A DNA stretch of 64,000 nucleotides from Halorussus marinus (GCF_004765795.1 NZ_SBIV01000006.1:62001-126000); one strand, 5' to 3'; shown: positions 1 to 11,545, counted from the stretch's first letter. Program-made: numbers and translations. Notes: a model not told the origin generated them from the sequence alone.

Positions 1-198
1 ACTACGGTTCCGCGCGGGGTATTAAATGCTTGACCTTCCCAATCCGTGAGACCTTCCGGCGCCGCGTTCGGCGACCGGCGCCGGAGTCGGCGGGGCGTTC
101 CCGTTCGCGACCGCTCTCCGTCCGGACACGTCGCGGCGTCTCGGGTCCGACTGTTTCGAACCGAAATACTGATACTTCGATCGTCGCTGGTACGAGCC

Positions 199-1395
199 GT
201 GAAAGCAATTGTCAACGGAACGGTCCACACTCTCACGGAGGCAGGGACCGTCGAGGACGGTGCGGTCCTGTTCGAGGACGGCGAGATCGTCGCGGCCGGC
301 GCAGACGTGGACGTGCCCGACGACGCCGAGGTCGTAGACGCCGGCGGGCGCCACGTCACGCCCGGCCTCGTCGAGGCCCACAGCCACGCCGGGATGGGCG
401 AGTGGGGCGAACCCGAGGACGGCGACGTCAACGAGGGGACCGACCCGATCACGCCCCACGTCAACGCGCTGGACGGCTTCCACCCCCGCGACGAGGAACT
501 CCAGCACGCGTTTCAGGGCGGGGTGACGACCGTCAGCGCCCGGATGGGGAGCGGGAACGTCGTCGGCGGGATCATCTGCTCGATGAAGACCTACGGCGAC
601 GTGGCCGACGAGATGCTCGTTCGCGAGGACGGGATGAAGGCCGCGATGGGCGAGAACCCAAAGCGGTTCCACGGCGAGCAAAAAGACCGGGAACCGGTCA
701 CCCGGCCGGGCATCGCCGCCAAGCTCCGTCAGGCGCTGATGGACGCCGAAGACTACGTCGAGCGCCGCGCGAACGCCCGCGAGGAAGGCGAGCCGTTCGA
801 CCGCGACCTCGGGATGGAGAACCTCGCCCGCGTCGTCGAGGGCGACCTCCCGCTTCGGGTCCACGCCCACCGCGCCGACGACATCGCCACCGTGTTCCGG
901 ATCGCCGACGAGTTCGGCATCGAGGACCTCTCGATCGAACACGCCACCGAGGGCCACGTCCTCGCCGAGGAGTTCGCCGCTCGGGACGTGCCCGCGGTCG
1001 TCGGGCCGTCGATCTCGTCGGCGAGCAAGTACGAACTCCGAAACATCACCTTCGAGACGCCCGGCATCCTCCACGAGGCCGGCGTGAAAGTCGCGATCCA
1101 GACCGACGCGCCGGTGCTCCCCCAGGAGCACCTCGACGTCTGCGTCGGGCTGGCGGTCCGCGAGGGGCTCCCCGCCGAGGACGCGCTGGCGACCGTCACT
1201 CGCAACCCCGCCGAGATTCTGGGCATCGACGACCGAGTCGGCACGCTCGAAGCCGGCACCGACGCCGACGTCGTCGTCTGGGACGGCCCGATGTTCGATC
1301 TCGACTCGGACGCCCGACAGGTGTTCCTCGAAGGCGACCTGATCTACGACAGCGAGCGCGACGACGTCGACCCGCGCGAAGAGTACGCCTGGTAG
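199..1395 (+). CDS. Amidohydrolase family protein (imidazolonepropionase-like)
   Basis: GTG start (MKAIVNGTVHTL); metal-binding HxH in PGLVEAHSH, plus HAH, EH and TD motifs; C-terminal GTLEAGTDADVVVW. Confidence 0.88.
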   Translation: MKAIVNGTVHTLTEAGTVEDGAVLFEDGEIVAAGADVDVPDDAEVVDAGGRHVTPGLVEAHSHAGMGEWGEPEDGDVNEGTDPITPHVNALDGFHPRDEELQHAFQGGVTTVSARMGSGNVVGGIICSMKTYGDVADEMLVREDGMKAAMGENPKRFHGEQKDREPVTRPGIAAKLRQALMDAEDYVERRANAREEGEPFDRDLGMENLARVVEGDLPLRVHAHRADDIATVFRIADEFGIEDLSIEHATEGHVLAEEFAARDVPAVVGPSISSASKYELRNITFETPGILHEAGVKVAIQTDAPVLPQEHLDVCVGLAVREGLPAEDALATVTRNPAEILGIDDRVGTLEAGTDADVVVWDGPMFDLDSDARQVFLEGDLIYDSERDDVDPREEYAW

Positions 1396-1403
1396 CCGCC
1401 GGG

Positions 1404-3341
1404 TCACTCGACGCCGGTGATTTCGAACCGCGCGCCGCCGTCGGCCCCCTCGGTCACGCTGACGCTCCAGCCGTGGGCCTCGGCGACGTCCTCGACGATC
1501 GCGAGCCCGAAGCCCGTTCCGTCTCGGGCGGTCGAGAACCCGAACTCGAACGCGGCCTCGCGGTCGTCGGCCGGGATGCCCTCGCCGTCGTCTTCGACGT
1601 AGAAGCCGTCGCCGAGGTCGCCGATCGTGATCGCCACGCCGTCACCGCCCCGCTCGGGGGCGTCCTCGGGGCCCTCCGGGCGCCGTTCGTCCGTACCCCC
1701 GTGCTCGACCGCGTTCCGGACGAGGTTTTCGAGCAGTTGCTTGAGCCGGCCCCGGTCGGCCCGGACGGTCCGGTCGGTCTCGATCGAGAGCGTCGCGTCG
1801 GCCGTGTCGACGGTCCGCCAGCTCGCCTCGGCGAGGTCGGCGACCTCGATCGGCTCGGGGTCGGTCGCCGCCTCGCCCTCCCGGGCCAGCGTCAACAGAT
1901 CCTCGACGAGCGACTCCATCCGGTCGAGCGACCGCGCGACCGCGTCGAGGTGGTCGCTGTCACAGCTCTCGGTCGCGACTTCGAGTCGCCCCTGCGCGAC
2001 GTTCAGGGGGTTGCGGAGGTCGTGGGAGACGACGCTCGCGAACTCGTTGAGCCGCTCGTTCTGGCGTTCGAGTCGCTCGCGAGCGCGCTGGCGGGTGAGC
2101 TCGTAGCCCACCCACTGGCTCATCAGGTCGACGAGCGTCACGTCCCACTCGGAGAACTCCGTCTCGCGGGGCTGGTCGTCGTAGAAACAGAACGTCCCGT
2201 ACACCTCGCCGTCGACGCTGACCGGCGCGCCGAGGTAGCACGAGATTCCCTGCTCCGTGTACCCCGCCCGATCGGTCAGTTCGGGGGCGTCCTCAGCGAC
2301 GTTCGAGAGCACGAGCGTCTGCTCGGTCGCGACCGACCGCTCGCAGTTCGTCGACGACAGCGGGACCGTGTCGCCGGCCCGGACGCTATCGTCGGGCGAT
2401 CGCACGACCTCGTAGACGTACTCGTCGCCCCGGACGTCCGAGAGCGTGCCGTACGACGTTCCGAGGGCGTCGCGCCCGATATCGAGCAGCGCCCCGACCT
2501 GCTCGTCGAACGACCGGTCGGTGTCGGCGATGACGTCGTGGATCCGCCGGAGGTGTCGCTCGTACTCGGTCCGCTCGCTGACGTCCCGGCCGGCGGCGAC
2601 GATGGCGGTCGGCTCCCCGTCGGCGTCGGTCACGGGGTAGAGCGTCCCGTCGATGGTGAGCCGGTTGCCGTCGGCGTCGTAGTGGTCGGCCTCGTAGCGG
2701 ACGAACTCCCCGTCTGCGGCCCGGTCGATCCACTCCCGGAGGTCGGCCTGCATCGCCTCGGAGTGGTTCCACCACGGCGTCTCGGCGAACGGTTCGCCCT
2801 CGACTTCCGCGGCGGTCACGTCGCCGAACGCCCGGGCGGTCTCGTTCGCGCGCTGGACGGTGCCGTCGAGGTCGAGGATGCCCATGAACGAGACGGGGTT
2901 GTCGAACACCGCGTCGAACCGCCTGCTCGTTCGCTCCAGTCGGTGCTCGCGCTCGCCCCGCTCGACGGCGTCCAGAACACGCTTCGCGAGTAGCGTGTAG
3001 CCGGCGCTCCCGGCGGGTCGGTGTACGAAGTCGTCGACGCCGGCCGCGAGCGCGTCGGCGACCGCCTGCTCGCTCCCGGCGTCGGCGAACACGACGAACG
3101 GGAGGTCCGGGAACACGGACCGGACGGCGTCGCGGAGCCCGAGGGCGTCACCGTCCGGCAGTTCGAGCCCGCTGACGACGCAGTCGAACGACGCCGCCCC
3201 GAGCCGGTCGAGCGCCTCGCTCGCGCCGGCCGCGGACTCGACGCTGAACCGGTCGGTCTCGCGTTCGAGGGCCCTCGCGGTCTCGGCCGCGCGGTCGGCG
3301 TCGACACAGAGGACACGAATTCGGTCGGCGTACGATTCCAT
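1404..3341 (-). CDS. Sensor histidine kinase with degenerate REC, PAS and GAF domains
   Basis: H-box SHDLRNPL, N-box ENLVRNAVEHG, G-boxes DDGEGI and GTGFGL; PAS (ETPWWNHS) and GAF-like segment; receiver-like N-terminus. Confidence 0.9.
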   Translation of the reverse strand: MESYADRIRVLCVDADRAAETARALERETDRFSVESAAGASEALDRLGAASFDCVVSGLELPDGDALGLRDAVRSVFPDLPFVVFADAGSEQAVADALAAGVDDFVHRPAGSAGYTLLAKRVLDAVERGEREHRLERTSRRFDAVFDNPVSFMGILDLDGTVQRANETARAFGDVTAAEVEGEPFAETPWWNHSEAMQADLREWIDRAADGEFVRYEADHYDADGNRLTIDGTLYPVTDADGEPTAIVAAGRDVSERTEYERHLRRIHDVIADTDRSFDEQVGALLDIGRDALGTSYGTLSDVRGDEYVYEVVRSPDDSVRAGDTVPLSSTNCERSVATEQTLVLSNVAEDAPELTDRAGYTEQGISCYLGAPVSVDGEVYGTFCFYDDQPRETEFSEWDVTLVDLMSQWVGYELTRQRARERLERQNERLNEFASVVSHDLRNPLNVAQGRLEVATESCDSDHLDAVARSLDRMESLVEDLLTLAREGEAATDPEPIEVADLAEASWRTVDTADATLSIETDRTVRADRGRLKQLLENLVRNAVEHGGTDERRPEGPEDAPERGGDGVAITIGDLGDGFYVEDDGEGIPADDREAAFEFGFSTARDGTGFGLAIVEDVAEAHGWSVSVTEGADGGARFEITGVE

Positions 3342-3491
3342 CGGCGTACTCGCTAATTTATCGCGAGTCCGTACATATGTATCGCTGTGGACTCTGCCCG
3401 GCTTGTCACGCCACGGCGACGAGCCTGTCGGTTCGGTCCGTCGCTTCTGGCGGCCCTGCCGCGTCGCTCCGAACGAGAAAAGTCCCGCCGA

Positions 3492-5471
3492 TCAGGCCAG
3501 CCACTCCTCGGGCTTGGTATCGTAGTCGACCTCGGTCGCCGCGATCTCCTCGACCTCGCTCCACGGCAGGTCCTCCATCGTGAACTGCTCGCCGTCGTAG
3601 CGCAGGAGCTTGCCCTGCTCTTCGGGCTCTGGCTCGCGGTCCCGGCGCCGGGCGATCTCGGCGTCCCGGTCGTCGATCTCTTTCACGATGGTCTTGAGGT
3701 TCACCGGCCGGCCCCACAGGTCGAACACCCGTTCGAGGGTGCGTTTTGCCTGCTCCACGTCGAGCATCACGCCGTTGTAGTGGTGGCCCAACAGGAGCTC
3801 GTTGCGGTTGTTGTAGTTGCCGTCGTACACCGCGATGGTGGGCTTGCCGAAGTTGGTGAACTGCAACATCAGCTTCTTCTTGACGTCCTCGTAGTCGGTG
3901 CTCGCGACCCGGTAGTCGCCGGTGGTCTGGCTGAACTCGTAGGTGAAATACTCGTTGTCCGTGACGAACTCCTGGGTGAGATAGCCGTCGAGGAACGTCA
4001 CGTCGTTGTGGCTCTCGCGGATCTCCCGGAGCTTGTCCCAGCCGGCGGCGTAGTCGACGGCCGCGATCGCCGCCTCGATCGAGTCGTATCTGGCGTCGTC
4101 GAGCAGGTAGCGCGCGAACTGTTCGAGGTCCTGCTGGGAGACCGACCTGAGGAACCCCCGATTCTGGGGCTTGCAAAGCGAGAAGTGTCGCTCGGCCAGC
4201 CCCTCGTAGTCGAGCACCTTCCAGGGGTACTCCGCGACGTCTAGGTCGCCGGCCGCCGCGCGGTCGAGGGCCGCCTCGTCGATCTTCTCGGCCGGCAGGT
4301 CGCGCAGGTCCGCGAGCGTCTCGGGCGTGATTCGGTCGAGCGCGGGATCGGGCGCCAGAAGCTCCTGAACCCGATCGAAGTCGACGGTGTCGTGGAAGTT
4401 CCGCCAGGTGATCCCCTCGACCCGCAGGAGCTTCCGACACACCTCCCGGCGGTTCTCGGTGTTCTCGATGTACTCCCACAGCTCCTTGCCGAGCTTGTAG
4501 GGGTTGAGCCCGGGGGAGTTGAGCACCCGGGCCTGGTGGTCGGCGTAGCTGAGAAACTCGTCGTCGCCCGCGAACGTCTCCTCGCCCATCATCATCGACT
4601 CCCAGTAGGCGGCCCACCCCTCGTTCATCACCTTCGTGAGCTTCTGGGCCGCGAAGTAGTACGACTCTGCCCGGAGCATCTCTAAGATCTCGCGTTGCCA
4701 CTCCTCCATCTCGACGGCCTTGCCCGTCTCGCCGTCGAAGGCCTTGCCGTGGTCTCGGAGGAAGGCAAGCACGTCCATCTCGGGTTCGTCGAGGTCGGCG
4801 TCCTCCGACTGGGCTTTGACCCATTCCTCGTCGAACACCTGGCGTTTGACCTCCTCGCTCAGGTCCATCTCATCGAGCCGCTCGGCGAGCTCGTCGTCCT
4901 CGAACTCCTCGTCGTCGGCGCGCTCGAACTGGCGCTTGAACGGCTGGTGCTGGTCGATGTTGTCCTCCAGACAGAGCACGCTGTCGATCCAGCGCTCGAC
5001 GGCCTCCCGATCGATCTCGGGGTCGGTCATGTACGACTCGATGCGCCGGGCGTGGCGTTCGAGCATCGCGGCGGCGTCGAGGTCCTCTGCGAACATGCCG
5101 TACCACTCGTTGTTCGCGAAGAAGTCCGAGTGGGCCTCGACGTGGGTGATGACCGCCTTCTGGTCGGCCAGCGCGTTCGACTCCTGGAGGAAGGCGTGAG
5201 AGGGGTCGTCGTTGATGACGATCTCGAACGCCTTCCCGCCGGTGTACTGGCCCTGCTTTTGCTGGCGGTCGTACTGCATCCCCCACCGCCAGTGGGGGTA
5301 TCGCTCCTGGAAGCCGTTGTAGGCGATGAGCTCGTTCATCTCGTCGTAGTCGACCACCCAGTAGTTGACGTCGTAGGGGTCGAGCCCGAGCTTCATCGCG
5401 AGATTCCGGGCCTCCGCGGCGGGTTCGTCGAGCTGTTCGGCTGCCGTCCGGGTGCGGGGTCGGTCCCTCAT
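3492..5471 (-). CDS. spoVR: SpoVR family protein
   Basis: RYPHWRWG, FEIVINDDP, HVEAHSDFF, TKVMNEGWAAYW and NPYKLG motifs; last gene of the prkA operon. Confidence 0.93.
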   Translation of the reverse strand: MRDRPRTRTAAEQLDEPAAEARNLAMKLGLDPYDVNYWVVDYDEMNELIAYNGFQERYPHWRWGMQYDRQQKQGQYTGGKAFEIVINDDPSHAFLQESNALADQKAVITHVEAHSDFFANNEWYGMFAEDLDAAAMLERHARRIESYMTDPEIDREAVERWIDSVLCLEDNIDQHQPFKRQFERADDEEFEDDELAERLDEMDLSEEVKRQVFDEEWVKAQSEDADLDEPEMDVLAFLRDHGKAFDGETGKAVEMEEWQREILEMLRAESYYFAAQKLTKVMNEGWAAYWESMMMGEETFAGDDEFLSYADHQARVLNSPGLNPYKLGKELWEYIENTENRREVCRKLLRVEGITWRNFHDTVDFDRVQELLAPDPALDRITPETLADLRDLPAEKIDEAALDRAAAGDLDVAEYPWKVLDYEGLAERHFSLCKPQNRGFLRSVSQQDLEQFARYLLDDARYDSIEAAIAAVDYAAGWDKLREIRESHNDVTFLDGYLTQEFVTDNEYFTYEFSQTTGDYRVASTDYEDVKKKLMLQFTNFGKPTIAVYDGNYNNRNELLLGHHYNGVMLDVEQAKRTLERVFDLWGRPVNLKTIVKEIDDRDAEIARRRDREPEPEEQGKLLRYDGEQFTMEDLPWSEVEEIAATEVDYDTKPEEWLA

Positions 5472-5490
5472 GAGTCTGTCTCCGTGGTGG

Positions 5491-6804
5491 TCACGATTCG
5501 GCCTCCGTGCTGAGTATCTCGTAGATGGCGTCGGTCACGTCCTCGGGGCTGTTGACGTAGCTGACCGCCACCTCGTCCGAGTCCCCGAAGTGCTCGTCGA
5601 CCTCCTCGGCGTGAGTCGCGTTGATCGCCTTCCCGTCGGGCTGGGTCTCGACGTAGGCGTGGAGGTTCGCCGGGATCTCCTCCATCATCGGGATGACGTT
5701 CTCGCTCGTGTCGTTCCGGGAGTTCTCGCTGTCGCCGGCCGCGAACACGTAGCGGTTCCACTCGGCCCACGGGTACCGCTCGTCGAGGATCGCCGCCGCG
5801 AGCTCGTAGGCCGAGGAGATCTTGGTGCCCCCGCCCGACCGGATGCCGAAGAAGTCGTCGCGCTCTACCTCCCACGCGTCGGCGTCGTGGGCGATGTAGA
5901 CGAACTCCGCGTTGTCGTACTTGCCTGTCAGGTACCAGTCCAGCGGCGTGAAGGTGCGCTCGACCAACTCGCGTTTCTTCTCGCGCATCGACCCCGACAC
6001 GTCCCGGATGTTGACCACCACGACGTTCTTCTCGCGCTCCTCGACGATCTCGGGGTAGCGGTAGCGCTCGTCCTCCTTGCGGAACGGGACGTGCCGTATC
6101 CCCTCCTCGCGGATCTTCTGGGCGGCGCTCCGCCGGGGCGTGTTTGCCTCCATTTCCTCGAGGCTCGCCCACGTCGTGCGCTCCTCGGCCGAGAGGGCGC
6201 CGTACTGCTCGTCGAGCCAGTGGCGCGAGACGGTGATGCTCTCCTCGCGGGCCCACTCGAACGCCCGGTCGGGCCCCCAGCCCTCGATCTTCAGCGCCTC
6301 CCGGACGTAGTCGGGGTCGAAGTCCATCGCGAGCTTCCGCTTGAGCCCCTCCTTGAACATTCGCTCGAAGTCGAGCGTCGAGTCGGGCCCCGTCCGGGTC
6401 ATGTCGGTGAAGTCGCCTTCTTTCTCCTCGATCACCTCCTTGCCCTTCGGTTCGAGATCGAGCCCGAGCTCGTCGTCGAGCTCCTCGGCGAACTCCTCGG
6501 GGTCCATCTCGTAGTAGTCGTGCTCGCCGCCCTCCTCGCCGGGCTCGTCGCCCTCCTCGCCGTCGTCGCCGGGCTGGGGCTGGGGTTGGCCCACTGGGTC
6601 GCCCACGTCGGGCTCGCCCTGTCCGACGCCGCCCTGATCGAGTTGGTCGTAGGCGAACTCGGGCAGGTCGACGATCTTGATCGGGATCTGTATCTCGTCG
6701 GGCAGGCTCTGGCCGAGATCGCCGTACTGGATGAACTCCGCCAGATCCTCGCGCTTTGCCTCCCCGACCTCCCGGTAGCGTTCGAGGTCCTCTCTCAGTC
6801 CCAT
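5491..6804 (-). CDS. YeaH/YhbH (DUF444) vWA-domain protein
   Basis: Start [10 protein letters not shown] overlaps the upstream stop; MIDAS-like RDVSGSM, SGGGT and AGDSEN; acidic Gly/Pro linker. The longer ORF in the track is an out-of-frame extension through prkA2. Confidence 0.92.
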   Translation of the reverse strand: MGLREDLERYREVGEAKREDLAEFIQYGDLGQSLPDEIQIPIKIVDLPEFAYDQLDQGGVGQGEPDVGDPVGQPQPQPGDDGEEGDEPGEEGGEHDYYEMDPEEFAEELDDELGLDLEPKGKEVIEEKEGDFTDMTRTGPDSTLDFERMFKEGLKRKLAMDFDPDYVREALKIEGWGPDRAFEWAREESITVSRHWLDEQYGALSAEERTTWASLEEMEANTPRRSAAQKIREEGIRHVPFRKEDERYRYPEIVEEREKNVVVVNIRDVSGSMREKKRELVERTFTPLDWYLTGKYDNAEFVYIAHDADAWEVERDDFFGIRSGGGTKISSAYELAAAILDERYPWAEWNRYVFAAGDSENSRNDTSENVIPMMEEIPANLHAYVETQPDGKAINATHAEEVDEHFGDSDEVAVSYVNSPEDVTDAIYEILSTEAES

Positions 6805-9146
6805 TTGTAGCTCACCTGGCTCATGACGTGTTGGCTGGTCAGTTCGGCCGACGCCGGCGAGTAGCCGAACAGCTCGACCATGTTGTCGATGGTCTCGGCT
6901 TTCAGCGCCGCGGTCTCGGTGTCGCTCGGCGGGTCGGCCCACTGGTCGGGGTCGAAGTCCTCGTACACCCGGCGGACGTCGTCCCAGTCGTAGTTCGCCA
7001 GCACGGTCTTGATGATCGGTATCTCCTTGGGGTCGATGTCGCCGACCTCGAAGTCCTCGTCGCGGCTCTGCCACGCGTGGCGGTTCAGCGCGGTGATCAC
7101 CTTGTTGCGCCGGAACTCCTCGACCGCCGGCGAGGCGGCGTGGTCGGCGGCGTAGCTCTCGGGACCGAACCGGCCCAGATGCTCGGTCTCGAACACCTTC
7201 ATCTTCAGGGCGTCGGGGCCGACGCGCTCGCCGCGGTCGTTCTCGACGGTCTCGTCGGTCGCCCACGCGTAGACGTGCTCGACGTACTCCTCGACGGTCT
7301 CCTCGTCGACGCGCTTCTCGCGCATCATCGCGTCGAGGACGTCCGCCTCCTGGCGCTGGAAGATGTGGTTTTTGACGGGCACGAGCCGGTTCTCGTACTC
7401 GGTGCGCTCGGCGGTCGAGAAGACGGGGGCGTCCGAGAGCCCCTCGGCCATCGCGTTGAGGATGTCCCGGGGCATGATGACTTCCTCGACCGAGTACTCG
7501 GCGTGGGCCCGGTCGCTCTCGTCGTTGAGCAGGTCGGCGATGCCGTCCCGGGTGTAGGTCACCGGGATCCCCTCCTCGCCGTCCGCGGCGTCGTCGTCGA
7601 ACTCGAAGTCGTCTTTGTCGAGCCGGTCGTCGCCGTCGAGCAGGTACCCCCGATCGAACAGCGTCGCCTTGTCCACGAGGTCGAGCCCCGCGGGCACGTC
7701 GTCGCCGTCGAGCCGAGTCACCACGCTGTAGAGCGCGGCGGCCTCGACGGCGTGTGGCGCGAGTTCGCGCTCGGCGACGCCGTCGCCGTCGCTCCGGACC
7801 CGGACCCGGAGGGGCTCGCGGATCAGCCCCTCGAGCTCGTCGTAGCTTTCGGCCCGCCAGACGTCGGTCTCGTTGGTCAGCTCCCGGCGGATGAGCTCGG
7901 CTTCGAGGCTCAGGTTGGTGAGGTACTTGAACCGCCGGCGGTCGAGCCGGCGCTTCAGCGCCTTCAGCGGGTCGGCGCCGCCGGCGTCGGCGTGCTGATT
8001 GAGCTGGGCCTCCAGATCGGGGTTCGAGATGATGACGAGCTGGGTGTCGATGTCCATCTGGATGCCCTTGTCGAGTTTCACCGTCTGCTCGTCGGGGACG
8101 TTCAACAGCTTCTGGAGCAGGTCGGCGTGCTGGGCGGCGTCCTCGACGATGGTCAGCAGGCCGTTGCCCTGCGAGAGCACGCCGTCGTAGCTGAACGCCT
8201 GGGGGTTCTTGCGTCCCCGGGAGTCGAGCTCCTGCAACATCCCGCGCATCCACGAGCCGACGAGGCGCTCTTTGGGCGGACCCGAGTCCTCCGAGTGGAG
8301 CACCCCGATCCCCTGACCGACGTCTACGACGTAGTTTTTGACCCGGAGGTGGCTGGGGTCGGTGATCGCCGAGAACAGGTCGTCCTCGCCGGTCCGGCGG
8401 TACTGCTCTTCGAGGAACTCGTAGGCCTCGCGGCTGAACGGATCGAGGTCGCTGTCGACTCGCACGTCGATGTGGTCGTCGACCCGCGCGTTGATCTCGG
8501 CGAGGATCTCCTCGCGGACCGCCGGCGGGAACACGGTCAGGGGGTTCGACTGGACCGGGCTGGCGTACCAGTTCTCCTCGTCGGTGGCGGCCCCGCCCTC
8601 GCCGTACGAGAGGCTCCGGCCGCCGCTGGCGCTTGCGACGTTCCACTCCATGGTGTAACGCCGGCCGGCCTCGGTCTTCGAGAACTCCCGGAGACCGTTG
8701 ACCAGACACCGCTTGAGCTCGGACTTGCCGGTCGCGGTCGGGCCATCGAACCAGATGATCTTCTCGGCTTTGCCCCGCTCGGCCGCGATCGACCGGAGGT
8801 CGTCGACGAAAGCGTTGAGCACTTCCGTGTTGCCGAGGATGGCGTGCTCGCCGTCGTTGGCGGGATCGTCGAAGAACCGGTAGCGCTCTTTTTCCTCGCC
8901 CTCCTCGATCACGGTCCGGGTGCCCATCGACTCGATGGCTTCGAGGAGGTACTTGCTCGCGTGGGCGGCGACCGTCGGGTTTTCGAAGGCCTCCTCGACG
9001 AACGTCGCGAGCCCCTTGGGCTCCTCGTAGGTCTCTCTGAGCTCCCGATCGGCGTCCTCGATGAACGTCTCGCCGTCGACGGGGTCTCGGTCCCCGGTTC
9101 GGGCGGCGTCCTCGCGGTGCGGGCGGTCGTCGTGGCCGGTCGCCAC
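6795..9146 (-). CDS. prkA2: PrkA/YeaG family AAA+ serine kinase, second copy
   Basis: Walker [18 protein letters not shown]; lies between prkA1 and yeaH; the GTG start is uncertain. Confidence 0.9.
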   Translation of the reverse strand: MATGHDDRPHREDAARTGDRDPVDGETFIEDADRELRETYEEPKGLATFVEEAFENPTVAAHASKYLLEAIESMGTRTVIEEGEEKERYRFFDDPANDGEHAILGNTEVLNAFVDDLRSIAAERGKAEKIIWFDGPTATGKSELKRCLVNGLREFSKTEAGRRYTMEWNVASASGGRSLSYGEGGAATDEENWYASPVQSNPLTVFPPAVREEILAEINARVDDHIDVRVDSDLDPFSREAYEFLEEQYRRTGEDDLFSAITDPSHLRVKNYVVDVGQGIGVLHSEDSGPPKERLVGSWMRGMLQELDSRGRKNPQAFSYDGVLSQGNGLLTIVEDAAQHADLLQKLLNVPDEQTVKLDKGIQMDIDTQLVIISNPDLEAQLNQHADAGGADPLKALKRRLDRRRFKYLTNLSLEAELIRRELTNETDVWRAESYDELEGLIREPLRVRVRSDGDGVAERELAPHAVEAAALYSVVTRLDGDDVPAGLDLVDKATLFDRGYLLDGDDRLDKDDFEFDDDAADGEEGIPVTYTRDGIADLLNDESDRAHAEYSVEEVIMPRDILNAMAEGLSDAPVFSTAERTEYENRLVPVKNHIFQRQEADVLDAMMREKRVDEETVEEYVEHVYAWATDETVENDRGERVGPDALKMKVFETEHLGRFGPESYAADHAASPAVEEFRRNKVITALNRHAWQSRDEDFEVGDIDPKEIPIIKTVLANYDWDDVRRVYEDFDPDQWADPPSDTETAALKAETIDNMVELFGYSPASAELTSQHVMSQVSYKWD

Positions 9147-9148
9147 GG

Positions 9149-11212
9149 TCAGTCCTCCATCTCCGCGCGGGCGACCTCGGCGCCGGCGAACTCCAGCACC
9201 TCCTTGGCCCCCTCCCGCGAGTACCCCTGGTCGATCAGGGCGTCTATCCAGGCGTTCTGTTCGTCGTCGTCCATCTCGTTGGCCGACACCAGCGCCGAGA
9301 AGTTGATGTTGTGCTTCTTGTCCTCCCAGAGCTTGCGTTCGAGGGCGCGGCGCAGTCGGTCGTTGTCCTGGGGGTCGAACGGCGACCCCTCGCGTGCGCG
9401 CCGGGAGACCCAGTTGCTCACTTCCTGGCGGAAGTCGTTCTTGCGGTCGCGGGGGATGTCGAGCTTCTCCTCGACCGCCCGGAGGAAGCTCTCGTCGGGC
9501 TCTTGCTCGCGGCCGGTGAGCTCGTCTTCGACGGTGTCGTCGTCGATGTACGCCATGACGTGGTCCATGTACTTCTCGCCCTGGCGCTGGATCTCCTCGA
9601 TGTCGTAGGCCAGCGCGTGACGGACGTCCTCGATGGCCCGGTCCTTGTACTCCTCGCGGACCATCTCGAGGTAGCGGTAGTACGTCTGGAAGTTCTCCTC
9701 GGGGATCGAGCCGTGGTTCTCGAGGTTCTCCTCGAAGTGGTTGAACACCGACAGCGGGCTCAGAAAGCCCTTCTCGCGGTGGGTGGAGTTCATGATGGCC
9801 TCGGCGATCTCGTCGCCGATGAACCGGGCCGAGACGCCCTCCATCCCCTCGCCGATGTCGGCGCTCTCCTCGCCCTCCTCGCGGAGCTTCTTCACGTCGA
9901 CCTCGTCGCTCTCCTCGCTCTCGCCGTTGTACGCTTTGGTCTTCTGGAGTAAGTCGACCGTCTCGGAGTCTGGCTCCTCGACGCGGGTGAGCACGCCGAA
10001 CAGCCCGGCCATCTCCAAGGTGTGGGGCTCGATGTGGACGTCGGGCACGTCGGCGTTGCCAAGCATCTTCCGGTAGATGTTGGCCTCCTCCTCGAACTCC
10101 AGGACGTACGGGAAGTCGATCCGCTTGGTGCGGTCGTTGAACGCCTCCATCTTCTCGTCGCCTTTCTTGTCGCGGTACTCGGGCATGTTCGTCCGGCCGA
10201 CGATCACCTGATCGATGTCGATCCGGGGGTTGTTCTTGGGTTTGATCGTCTGCTCTTGGGTCGCGTGGAGGAAGTCGTAGAGGAACTCCCGCTGGAGCTT
10301 CAACAGTTCCTCGCCGCTGAAGATGCCGCGGTTGGCGTTACAGAACGCCCCCGAGTAGTCGAACGCCCGGGGGTCGGACTCGCCGTAGATGGCGATCTTG
10401 CTGTAGTTGACGTCGCCGGTCAGCTCGGTCTCGTCCTGATTTTTCTTGTCTTTGGGCTCGAACGTCTCGACCGCCTGTCGTTTGTTCTCGTCGGCGGTCA
10501 GCCGGATCACCTCGACGTGGTTCTCGAGCACCTGCTGGATGTCGTCGTCGTAGTGGGCGAGCAACTCGTCCATGTAGAACGCCGAGGCGGGGTCGAGCGA
10601 CTGCTCGTTCTGGATGGTGTAGGGCGCATCGAGGTTCTCGTTGAGGTCCTCGACCACCCGCTGGCGCTGTTCGACCGGGAGGAGCACGAGCGGGTCTTGG
10701 TTCATCGGCGACCGGACCACGTCGTCGGCGGGGTCCTGATCGTGGATCACGTCACAGAGGTTGGTCCACCGGTAGGTGTACATCCGGCCCTCCTCGCGGA
10801 GGGTGTAGTCCTCGAAGTAGGTCCGGACCTGTCGGTCGAAGTCGGACTTCCCGGAGCCGACCGGGCCGAGCAGGAGCTTGATGCGCTTTTCGGGACCGAG
10901 CCCGCGTGCGCCCGACTTGACCTTGTTGACGAACTCGTGGATGGCGCGGTGGATCTCGTGGCCGTAGAAGGTGTTCTCGCCGTCGTGGAGGGGGTCCTCC
11001 GAGGCGAGCAGGTACTCGACCACGCCGGCCTCCTCGTCGTACTCGGTGCCGTAGTAGTCGAACATGTCCGCGACCCGCTGGTGGGCGTTGCGGGCGACTT
11101 TCGGGTCGGCGTACACCTCTTCGAGGTACCAGTCGAACGACTTGGTCTCGCGGAGGTCTTCGGGCATCGATTCCTGGTATCGCTGGCTGAGTTCTTCCAG
11201 TGTTTCCGTCAT
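9149..11212 (-). CDS. prkA1: PrkA/YeaG family AAA+ serine kinase
   Basis: Walker [32 protein letters not shown]. Confidence 0.93.
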   Translation of the reverse strand: MTETLEELSQRYQESMPEDLRETKSFDWYLEEVYADPKVARNAHQRVADMFDYYGTEYDEEAGVVEYLLASEDPLHDGENTFYGHEIHRAIHEFVNKVKSGARGLGPEKRIKLLLGPVGSGKSDFDRQVRTYFEDYTLREEGRMYTYRWTNLCDVIHDQDPADDVVRSPMNQDPLVLLPVEQRQRVVEDLNENLDAPYTIQNEQSLDPASAFYMDELLAHYDDDIQQVLENHVEVIRLTADENKRQAVETFEPKDKKNQDETELTGDVNYSKIAIYGESDPRAFDYSGAFCNANRGIFSGEELLKLQREFLYDFLHATQEQTIKPKNNPRIDIDQVIVGRTNMPEYRDKKGDEKMEAFNDRTKRIDFPYVLEFEEEANIYRKMLGNADVPDVHIEPHTLEMAGLFGVLTRVEEPDSETVDLLQKTKAYNGESEESDEVDVKKLREEGEESADIGEGMEGVSARFIGDEIAEAIMNSTHREKGFLSPLSVFNHFEENLENHGSIPEENFQTYYRYLEMVREEYKDRAIEDVRHALAYDIEEIQRQGEKYMDHVMAYIDDDTVEDELTGREQEPDESFLRAVEEKLDIPRDRKNDFRQEVSNWVSRRAREGSPFDPQDNDRLRRALERKLWEDKKHNINFSALVSANEMDDDEQNAWIDALIDQGYSREGAKEVLEFAGAEVARAEMED

Positions 11213-11545
11213 TGTATCACGTTTTGTTCGGTGGGAGAGGCGAGAGAGAAGCGACCGACTGCGCTTCGGTCGGAGTATGTGGTAGGCACACGCCTACTAA
11301 GCTCTGGCGGCCCGCTCGGGCCGCGTTCGTGCGCCCAGATGGACGGCCCGCTCCAGTCGGCGTCGTGAGCGTGCGCGCCGTCCCGCGAGAGTCCGGGCCG
11401 ATCCCGTGCTGGCAGTTCATGTGCGTGCCATCCCCACACCCCTCTCACGGCGGCCGGGCGTCGGAGGGCGACTGAATCGAGCGAACGTGAAGGGGGATTG
11501 TGTGCTACCGTGTACCGCGTGGATCGATACCACCGATACTATTTA
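11213..11545 (-). promoter_or_regulatory. Long structured 5' leader of the prkA operon (candidate cis-regulatory RNA)
   Basis: TATA-like TTATATG at 11570-11564; at least six stem-loops between it and the prkA1 ATG. Confidence 0.5.

Noticed and set aside
30..2993. Very long Arg/Gly/Pro-rich or antisense ORFs (e.g. 30-2993, 6756-9608, 14409-16736, 57920-60484)
   Set aside because: Shadow frames of real genes, caused by stop-codon scarcity at high GC; composition is unlike the acidic proteome and I recognise no motifs
5491..8709. 1072-aa ORF suggesting a prkA2-yeaH fusion or frameshift
   Set aside because: The first ~635 codons are an off-frame reading of prkA2; yeaH has its own ATG at 6804 overlapping the prkA2 stop
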